IMG/VR virus record: IMGVR_UViG_3300027804_001396
Span: 1-33,782 of that record
Origin: a virus
Lineage: Duplodnaviria > Caudoviricetes
Length of the DNA: 33,782 nucleotides
Reading direction: 5' to 3' (one strand)
Shown: in pieces, positions 27,716-33,782 of the stretch
Layout of the letters: every line of letters begins with the position of its first letter
Position numbering within the stretch: the first letter of the stretch is position 1
Notes under the pieces: generated by a model
Told to the model about the DNA's origin: nothing
Seen by the model: only the letters and a program-made list of their open reading frames with translations
Databases searched by the model: none
Translations under genes and position numbers: made by a program

Positions 27716-28126
27716 ATGAGTGGCAACATCAACGTCGGTGCTCGTCAGGTCATCCGCAACGCCGAGGGCAAGCTCATCGGGACCTTCATCCCGTCGAAGA
27801 AGCACCTGGGCAAGATCGCCCTGACCACCTACCTCCCCACGGGGGAGGCGCACACCACGATCCGTGGCCAGGAGGACTGGATCCAGATCAAGGACCGCAA
27901 CCCCGATTGGGACTTCGCTCCCTCCTACTACACGGTCAAGTGCAAGAAGGAGGGCGATGAGGTGGTGATCGAGCTGACCCACAACGCCATCCCCGAGTGG
28001 AACACCACGTTCCGCGTGCCCCACACGCCGAACTGGCAGGACTCGTTCCTGATCTCGTTCCGCATGGGCATGATGACGCTGGGTCGCGAGACGCACATCG
28101 GCAACTTTGTCGATCTGACCGTCTGA
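27716..28126 (+). CDS. hypothetical early protein, 136 aa
   Basis: RBS AGGAG, strong C/G third-position bias, directly after the RNAP gene. Confidence 0.75.
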   Translation: MSGNINVGARQVIRNAEGKLIGTFIPSKKHLGKIALTTYLPTGEAHTTIRGQEDWIQIKDRNPDWDFAPSYYTVKCKKEGDEVVIELTHNAIPEWNTTFRVPHTPNWQDSFLISFRMGMMTLGRETHIGNFVDLTV

Positions 28127-28153
28127 CACAGGCCGCAACAGCCTCGGAGCAAA

Positions 28154-28175
28154 CCCCCTTGGGCAACCAAGGGGG
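28154..28175 (+). terminator. GC-rich GCAA-loop hairpin, possible terminator or processing site
   Basis: CCCCCTTGG-gcaa-CCAAGGGGG after the 136-aa gene; the U-tract is weak and displaced. Confidence 0.35.
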
Positions 28176-28286
28176 CCTCTCCCTGTTTGTTAGGGCTTTG
28201 GTAGGCATGGGTATACTAGACTATACCCTTTCTGTAGGCATAGAACTCAGGGTAGTTATAGACTTATAGTCAAAATGGTATTACAG

Positions 28287-28316
28287 ACCATACCATACCA
28301 TACCCTACCATACCCC
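28287..28316. repeat. tandem pentamer repeat, (ACCAT)-like x6
   Basis: accat accat accat accct accat acccc within a non-coding stretch. Confidence 0.8.
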
Positions 28317-28635
28317 TAGTTATGCATCAGAATGTCTCTAATGGCATTCTAGGGCCATTTCCTGCCATTCTATGGTCTGTATGGCATCAGAATTCAAATT
28401 ATATGGGCATATACATGGGTATGCCCCTGCTAATTTCCCATAATATCAGTATTTATCGTCCCCTTCGGGGACCGTTGTGGATCATTGGATCTCGTCAATG
28501 CATGGATGAATATCCAATATGTACTTTATGGAGGAATCTATAAAGTATATTTCACTAGGCTATGACCTAGGACTGACATACCAAGGTATAGCAGCGTAGC
28601 TAATCTTGGCATGGCAGAACACAGGAGAGGACAAT

Positions 28636-28896
28636 ATGTCCGCAGACAACACGCAGTCTGATACCGTGCCGCAGGGTGAGATCGTGAAGTTCGACCCCAT
28701 CCAGGCGATGCTCCGTTCTGGCCAGATCACCATCACCAGCAAGGGTGAGTCGAACTGGCCTGGGAACTACAAGAACCTCAATGACCGTCAGGTCATGAAT
28801 CTTGTCAAGATGGTCATGGATGGCAAGGCTCGTCGGCCTGAAACCGTCAAGGCCATCCTGACCGAAGCCCATGAGCGTGGGCTGGTCACGGCATGA
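28636..28896 (+). CDS. hypothetical protein, 86 aa from ATG 28636
   Basis: RBS AGGAGAGGA upstream of MSADNTQ...; flanked by identical 20-nt UUCG hairpins. Confidence 0.7.
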   Translation: MSADNTQSDTVPQGEIVKFDPIQAMLRSGQITITSKGESNWPGNYKNLNDRQVMNLVKMVMDGKARRPETVKAILTEAHERGLVTA

Positions 28897-29452
28897 GGTA
28901 TCGTCCCCTTCGGGGACCACGGTGGTCTATGGGGAAACCCATAGATCACATTTCCAATCACCAACTAGCCATTGTATAAATGGGTAGTGCCTTAATGGTG
29001 TACTCTACAGCTTGGCTTACCTGTAGACATTACCTGATAGGTGAGTTATCAGGCGCTGCCCAAGAGCGGTAGTCAAACCTCTTGGTATTCACCTGAGCAA
29101 TGTGCCTAAACTGCTCAATGGTGTATGCAACCTGGCAAGTTACCAATTAACTGGGCAGGAGGGCCTGAGCATAACTAAGCCCTACCATAAAAAGGGCTCT
29201 AGCCTGCTGGTTAAGGCGATTCTTGAAAAAATAGAATCAAGAACAACCAGGCACCTGAGCAAGTGTAGTAAACTGCTCACTTCTGTAATCTACGGTCATA
29301 CTGTAGATGGGTACCACAGAAAGGGGGTGTCTAAATGACACTTCAACATCTCAATTAGGTTTCAACAGTTAAGGCGGAATCCCACCGCCAAAGACATACC
29401 TAAATGGGTGAGCCTTTGTTGAAGGTCCGTAGGGTAGTAGCCTACATCAACA

Positions 29453-29522
29453 ACTCGCTTGGACGAGTATAAATAGCGGGTTAGGTCCAAGGCGCCCCCT
29501 CCCATAACAATGGGGGGTCCCG
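29453..29522 (+). ncRNA. pistol self-cleaving ribozyme
   Basis: P1 ACTCG/CGAGT; loop CTTGGA pairs with TCCAAG; ATAAATAG linker; P2 CGGG/CCCG; TTAGG; conserved GCG; P3 hairpin; GT cleavage junction at 29517/29518. Confidence 0.88.
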
Positions 29523-29702
29523 ACTGACACCAGCCGTGGCACCTATGGACTTGAAACACCCATAGAAAACTATGCCAGTTTCAACGGCAATGGGCTAACA
29601 AGTAAGGGGTAACTGACCCACACTGCTTACTTGGAAGGGTATATAGGGTTACATGGGGCCCCTTAGCGGAAACGCTATGGGGTCTTTTCGAAGGAGGTCT
29701 AC

Positions 29703-29948
29703 ATGACCAATAGCAAGTACAAGCTAGGCCGCTGTCCATTCGAATACATGGACTGCGTGGCAGACCGTCCGTGGGACACCTACGGACCCAACTTCTCATG
29801 GGGAGAGTTTAAATCTCTTCAAAGAGATCTTGAGGATGTCCGCGATAGGCTTCTAGATCAACGAGACGAGTTGATCGACCAGATCAATGCTCTCCAGAAC
29901 GTATTGCTGGAGCACAATCTGCCATTTCCAAAGCCCAAGGGAGTTTAA
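29703..29948 (+). CDS. hypothetical coiled-coil protein, 81 aa, embedded in the ncRNA region
   Basis: Perfect RBS AAGGAGGT; heptad pattern LQRDLEDVRDRLLDQRDELIDQINALQNVL. Confidence 0.7.
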   Translation: MTNSKYKLGRCPFEYMDCVADRPWDTYGPNFSWGEFKSLQRDLEDVRDRLLDQRDELIDQINALQNVLLEHNLPFPKPKGV

Positions 29949-30616
29949 TCTCCCGATAGGCATTCACCGCAAGCAACCTAGCCCACAGGCGGTATACAAA
30001 TAGTGGGACACACATTATGTGTAGACCTGAGCAAGTCATTAAAAGGCTCAAAACACAGCAAGGCAAGTATCCAAATAGCTGGGAGCAGCGGTGCACAGGA
30101 TACCCGACTTGCAGACCTGAGCATGTCCTGTTAAACTGCTCAAATATACTCCCAAGTGGGCTTGGTGAAGGATAACCAAGAATTGGTAGCTTGCAAACAA
30201 GACTATCAGAATAAAAACCTTTGGACTAATCGCAACCTTGTCGAACAACACAAGGTTGTATAGGACTCCCTAGACTTGATGATCATCAAGTGGGGATACG
30301 CGGGATGCACCCCGTGCAGGCTTATCACAAGCCCGTGTTATACCTCACCAAGTGGAGGTGGGCCTCTATAGTTGCTGCCAAGCTATAGTTGATTAATGGC
30401 ACCGTGTTACTCCGAGCGGGCAATTCGGAGCTTTATACCAAGTCCACACGACAATCGTACCTGATTGTCCTAGCCTATTGGTAGGGGTGTGTACGCAACT
30501 AACTGTCCGTGGTTAGTTGAGACAGATAAAGAAACGGACTAGGTATGCGGTATTGACGCACCGCAACTGATTAAAGTCGTGGTATCCGTGGGTGAAATAT
30601 CCCACGGGTACCTTTC

Positions 30617-30727
30617 GGGTGTCGCAAGGATTGCACATGCGGTGTTTTGACAATAGTTAGATGTTAAAACCACTACCTAACTGTAGGAAGCATGTTGAAA
30701 TGGGGTTCGAATCCCCTTACACTCACC
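30617..30727 (+). ncRNA. tRNA-like / mini-tmRNA-like RNA with one internal pseudoknot
   Basis: Acceptor GGGTGT/ACACTC plus ACC; stemless D-loop; ACATGC/GCATGT helix enclosing a pseudoknot; T-arm GGGG-TTCGAAT-CCCC. Confidence 0.55.
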
Positions 30728-30728
30728 T

Positions 30729-30794
30729 TCTAATCAAACCAAGTGTCACTACTTGGTTATCCTAGTGGGGTTCGAATCCCCAATGTTGGAGCCA
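30729..30794 (+). ncRNA. D-armless tRNA-like element ending in CCA
   Basis: TCTAAT/GTTGGA acceptor-like pairing, 8-bp hairpin AACCAAGT/ACTTGGTT, T-arm TGGGG-TTCGAAT-CCCCA, 3' GCCA. Confidence 0.45.
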
Positions 30795-30930
30795 ATTCCC
30801 GTGTAACGGGGCGCGCTATGGGCTACAGTGCTATGGGACTGGCCTAGGCTGTGTTGACCGAGCAGTATAATTCGGTCCCTTATAAGATATACTCTCGCGT
30901 TGAGAGTATGCCTTTACAGGAGAGTTCGAT

Positions 30931-31053
30931 ATGAACGACTCGATCTGTCAGTGTGGTAAGCCCTATAACTCTGATGAGTGTTATGGTTACTGCCATATCT
31001 GTATTGATTCTTGGTTTGCAAATGGTTGTCAAACCACAATTGGAGATGAATAA
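30931..31053 (+). CDS. small Cys-rich protein, 40 aa (not in ORF track)
   Basis: MNDSICQCGKPYNSDECYGYCHICIDSWFANGCQTTIGDE; RBS AGGAG; coupled to the next ORF (TAATG). Confidence 0.6.
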   Translation: MNDSICQCGKPYNSDECYGYCHICIDSWFANGCQTTIGDE

Positions 31054-31199
31054 TGAGCAAGCAGAAGAAGAACAAGCGTCGTAAGCGTAAGTCGGGTTAC
31101 GTTAACCTGACTCCGTCCCAGGGATGGAATACTGAGGTCTACTCCTTTGAGAGTCTGGCCTTTGTCCTCAGGGTCGTGTATCCAGAGAAGTTCAAGTAA
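31053..31199 (+). CDS. small protein with Lys/Arg-rich N-terminus, 48 aa (not in ORF track)
   Basis: MSKQKKNKRRKRKSGYVNLTPSQGWNTEVYSFESLAFVLRVVYPEKFK; RBS GGAG. Confidence 0.6.
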   Translation: MSKQKKNKRRKRKSGYVNLTPSQGWNTEVYSFESLAFVLRVVYPEKFK

Positions 31200-31209
31200 G
31201 GAAACAACA

Positions 31210-31284
31210 ATGGATAATTGGGATGTTCTGGCAGACTGGGAAGAGCTGATGAAGCAGTACGAACAGGAGAATGACGATGAGTGA
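31210..31284 (+). CDS. acidic 24-aa peptide (not in ORF track)
   Basis: MDNWDVLADWEELMKQYEQENDDE; RBS AAGGA; overlaps the next start. Confidence 0.45.
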   Translation: MDNWDVLADWEELMKQYEQENDDE

Positions 31285-31528
31285 TCTAAGTGGAATCCGA
31301 ATCGCGCTTTGGGAGGTCAACTCGGACAATCCCAATAGCCCCAAGTTTAATGGTATTGTTACCATTAATGGAGTCGAGCACAAGGTGTCCCTCTGGGACA
31401 ACGCAGGAGCGACCCACCCTAAGGCACCTCGCCTTAAGGGTAAGACGTCTCGGCCATCCCCTAAGGGGGATGTGTCAATGAATACTGAAACCTTTGTCAC
31501 CCCAGGTGGCATTGAGCTTCCGTTCTAA
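31271..31528 (+). CDS. small putative ssDNA-binding protein (DUF736-like) with an SSB-type C-terminal LPF tail
   Basis: IALWEVNSDNPNSPKFNGIVTINGVEHKVSLW pattern; ends in IELPF. Confidence 0.55.
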   Translation: MTMSDLSGIRIALWEVNSDNPNSPKFNGIVTINGVEHKVSLWDNAGATHPKAPRLKGKTSRPSPKGDVSMNTETFVTPGGIELPF

Positions 31529-31529
31529 A

Positions 31530-31560
31530 CGAATGAGCATAGGGAAACCTATGCTCGTTC
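31530..31560 (+). terminator. GAAA-loop hairpin after the SSB-like gene
   Basis: GAATGAGCATAGG-gaaa-CCTATGCTCGTTC; no clear U-tract. Confidence 0.35.
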
Positions 31561-31660
31561 ACTTCCGAATACCCTAGTATGTAGCTAGGGGTTCAACCCA
31601 AGATACTTAGGTTTATAATAATATAGTAATTATTATACCTAGGTTAACCTAGGAGAGTAT

Positions 31661-32050
31661 ATGTCTATTATCAAAGAGGTTGTTAAGCGACTTGAGTGTA
31701 CCCTGGTTAAGCAGTATTGCGATAGCAATGGCTACCAGGGTTGTGACTATTACCTTCTTGAGAAGGATGGCAAGTACAGCATTACTGCTCACGCCTTTGG
31801 GACTTGTGAGCTTTGCGATAGCTACCTGGGTCTTACCCAAGAGTGGCTGAATAACAATCCTGAGCATCAGTCTTGGGATGTTCCCCTTGAGGCTTACGAG
31901 TCCATGATCTTGTTCATTATGGAGCAAGCCACTGATTGTGGCTGGTGTACCAAGGATGAACTGTCGGCTAAGTTGCACATGCACATTGGAATGGGTTATT
32001 CCGATGTGTCGATTGAGTTTGAAATCAGAAAGGATCTCAATGGGACTTGA
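31661..32050 (+). CDS. hypothetical Cys-containing protein, 129 aa
   Basis: RBS AGGAGAG; FGTCELCD and CGWC motifs. Confidence 0.7.
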   Translation: MSIIKEVVKRLECTLVKQYCDSNGYQGCDYYLLEKDGKYSITAHAFGTCELCDSYLGLTQEWLNNNPEHQSWDVPLEAYESMILFIMEQATDCGWCTKDELSAKLHMHIGMGYSDVSIEFEIRKDLNGT

Positions 32051-32435
32051 TACCTACGCGGCATATGGAAAGGATCATCACAAATTTAGTGATGATCCGA
32101 AGGCTACCAACTTGGTACCCAATAGTTTGTTCCCCGAGAACAAACTCTGTGGCGGTTTGTTCTCTGGGGGTGGTAACTCCTTCAGGGGCAAGGTTTATAA
32201 TGATTGGGTTGAGTACTGCACTGGTGTCTCCCTCTGTGAAGAGGAGATTCCAGCAGATGTCGTAGAGCAAATGTATAAGGCTCTTTCGAACCAGACTAAC
32301 CCAGTTATCTTCGCAGAGTTTAACAACTCTGGATGTAACGATACTTATCAAATTAGCTTTGAGGAGGTACAGGATCTCCTCAAGTGGTTCGAAGTTGTTA
32401 AGGATGAAGGAGCCACCATCATTGGATGGTGGTAA
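32040..32435 (+). CDS. hypothetical phage protein, 131 aa from MGLDTY
   Basis: ATG 32040 with RBS AAAGGA; the MGLD-x-Y start and terminal WW are a common small phage-protein pattern. Confidence 0.7.
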   Translation: MGLDTYAAYGKDHHKFSDDPKATNLVPNSLFPENKLCGGLFSGGGNSFRGKVYNDWVEYCTGVSLCEEEIPADVVEQMYKALSNQTNPVIFAEFNNSGCNDTYQISFEEVQDLLKWFEVVKDEGATIIGWW

Positions 32436-32441
32436 ATAACT

Positions 32442-32813
32442 ATGAATAAGATTGATCTGTCGGTTGTTGATCGTAAGGTTGCTGAGCGTAAGAATAAGAT
32501 TAATACTTATGCTCAGTCAGCCAAGGTGCCGTCCTATGTGGCGGCTATGTACATTGACGAGAATGCTCCCCTGACCACCAACAAGGCAATGCTCAAGGAG
32601 ATTGGCCTTAAGGTTGATGTGGTCACTGAGGACAATGTTTCTATGGTCATTGTTGGCCTTGAGGCAATCAACATCAAGCTTCTTGGTACCGAGAGTGTCA
32701 ATAAGCCTCGGCTTGCCAAGGTTGTTAATGACATCATCAATGAGGAAGTCCCTGAGTGTTGGGGTGGTCCTGACATGCAGGAGTTCATTGACATCACTCC
32801 TGATGAGGTTTGA
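32442..32813 (+). CDS. hypothetical protein, 123 aa
   Basis: Tightly packed ORF with codon bias matching its neighbours. Confidence 0.7.
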   Translation: MNKIDLSVVDRKVAERKNKINTYAQSAKVPSYVAAMYIDENAPLTTNKAMLKEIGLKVDVVTEDNVSMVIVGLEAINIKLLGTESVNKPRLAKVVNDIINEEVPECWGGPDMQEFIDITPDEV

Positions 32814-33046
32814 AGGTACAAAAGATGCTAACTGCTAAGCACGAAAACGATGTTCATTGTGTGTTTGTTTGTAACCCAAGCAACCACTATGATCCTAAGG
32901 TTTGTATTGCAGCATTTACTTCCATTAGGGATGCTGCTTTGTTTGCTGATATTCTCGGGGTTCGATACGTTATCGAGCCCTATCCCCGTGACTCCGTGAT
33001 GGTCCGTGACATTAAGATTGTGGAATCTCTTTACTATGGCAACTAA
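32810..33046 (+). CDS. hypothetical protein, about 78 aa (TTG start uncertain)
   Basis: Overlaps the previous stop; GAGG upstream. Confidence 0.55.
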   Translation: MKVQKMLTAKHENDVHCVFVCNPSNHYDPKVCIAAFTSIRDAALFADILGVRYVIEPYPRDSVMVRDIKIVESLYYGN

Positions 33047-33290
33047 TATTGTTTCTGCCTACTCTGGCTACACGTTTACTATTCCCGATAAGCTGACCTT
33101 TAACATGACTACTTCGTTTGAGACGAATCGTAGTTACAATTATGGTCCCTCCATTTACGTCGAGATCGGTGATCGGCGTATCAGCATCACCTATGATGAT
33201 CTCCTTGATCTGAATGATGAGATCCAGAAGATGCTTGATCTGGCTAAGAACATCCCCCATACGGAGAATGTGAATGGTTTCTACCGCTAA
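33036..33290 (+). CDS. hypothetical protein, 84 aa from MATNIV
   Basis: In-frame ATG at 33036 overlaps the end of the previous gene. Confidence 0.6.
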   Translation: MATNIVSAYSGYTFTIPDKLTFNMTTSFETNRSYNYGPSIYVEIGDRRISITYDDLLDLNDEIQKMLDLAKNIPHTENVNGFYR

Positions 33291-33298
33291 TCCTTGGG

Positions 33299-33535
33299 AT
33301 GATGAGTATGATCCCAATGATGACCCCATGTGTGGATTCAACGAATATGGAACTGAACCCTCTGAAATCGAAACTGATCCGCAATACGGATCCCTCGACC
33401 GCTGGTATCATTAATGATCTGTTTGATCGGGGAATCATTGCTGATTTCTCCGATGACGGATGGGTATTGTACAACCGAGAGTGGTATCCTTTTACCACCT
33501 TCATCGAAAGGATGAAAATCATTGAGCGCATTTAA
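33299..33535 (+). CDS. hypothetical protein, up to 78 aa (start uncertain)
   Basis: Fills the gap between neighbouring genes on the coding strand. Confidence 0.5.
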   Translation: MMSMIPMMTPCVDSTNMELNPLKSKLIRNTDPSTAGIINDLFDRGIIADFSDDGWVLYNREWYPFTTFIERMKIIERI

Positions 33536-33782
33536 TTCTATTGGAAGCCCCATTGAGGGGCTGTCTACGACTCAGGCTATGACTGAGGCTCGACTTGATT
33601 GGACGGTCAGTAAGCGTCCCATCTTCGTACTGTCTGAAAACGATCAGGATTGGCATGGTACTAGCAAGTTCTTTGCTACTACTCGTGACGATAACGACCA
33701 CATCCTTGGTGTTGTTGGTCCTGATTATCAGGTCGTTCAGAACGAAGAGCTGATGTATCTTTGCGAGCGACTGCAAGGATCT
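33522..33782 (+). CDS. DUF932-like phage/plasmid protein, 3'-truncated by the window (not in ORF track)
   Basis: TTG start after GAAAGGA; ARLDWTVSKRP...FATTRDDNDHILGVVGPDYQVVQNEE matches the DUF932 N-terminal pattern. Confidence 0.75.
   Translation, partial: MSAFNSIGSPIEGLSTTQAMTEARLDWTVSKRPIFVLSENDQDWHGTSKFFATTRDDNDHILGVVGPDYQVVQNEELMYLCERLQGS

Larger units (their letters stand above)
29090..30141 (+). repeat. dispersed CCTGAGCA...AAACTGCTC pseudoknot-like repeats (at least 5 copies)
   Basis: Copies at 29090-29116, 29160-29199, 29251-29278, 30024-30049 and 30114-30141; stem 1 covaries (CAC/GTG, GAC/GTC, AGGGC/GCCCT). Confidence 0.75.

Noticed and set aside
25980-28208. Long minus-strand ORFs (194, 246 and 152 aa) and alternate-frame ORFs over the RNAP and 136-aa genes
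   Set aside because: They are shadows of GC-rich codon bias in genuine + strand genes, with no RBS or motifs seen.
29102-29338. 78-aa + strand ORF across the pseudoknot repeats
   Set aside because: GTG start with no RBS; its internal similarity (KLL...KLL) comes from the nucleotide repeats.
29090-30141. Possible CRISPR array
   Set aside because: Repeats vary in length and sequence, spacing is irregular, and no cas gene is in the window.
30617-30794. Canonical decoding tRNA genes
   Set aside because: T-arms are good, but neither element has a D-stem with a 7-nt anticodon loop; they are reported as mimics instead.
30855-30872. TTGACC...TATAAT sigma70-like promoter
   Set aside because: The spacer is only 6 nt and the sequence forms the GACCGA/TCGGTC hairpin.
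30971-30978. CTGATGAG hammerhead core
   Set aside because: No matching GAAA with supporting stems nearby, and it lies in a credible small ORF.

Overview
All recognisable genes are on the + strand of what looks like a lytic podovirus with T7-like (Autographiviridae-type) packaging genes. 1-24081 is AT-rich (about 35% GC by eye): the 3' end of a probable tail gene, a holin/spanin-like cassette, T7 gp18/gp19-like terminase subunits, then four probable ejection proteins of 265, 1364, 936 and 4000 aa. The 4000-aa protein carries DEDDy exonuclease motifs, T7-type RNA polymerase motifs A and B, and an HExxH zincin motif. The 936-aa protein ends in a WYL-like domain. At about 24100 the composition switches abruptly to GC-rich, probably early genes. 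These are separated by a repeated multi-hairpin leader and include a second, very short (604 aa) T7-type RNAP with all catalytic motifs but most of the N-terminal domain missing. About 28900-30910 is largely non-coding and packed with predicted RNA structures: a near-consensus pistol ribozyme, repeated H-type pseudoknots, a mini-tmRNA-like element and a D-armless tRNA-like element. Small genes follow, ending in a partial DUF932-like gene. The two strongest candidates for a new system are the two-RNAP arrangement and the ribozyme-containing ncRNA array. All calls are by-eye motif recognition; no searches or folding programs were run.
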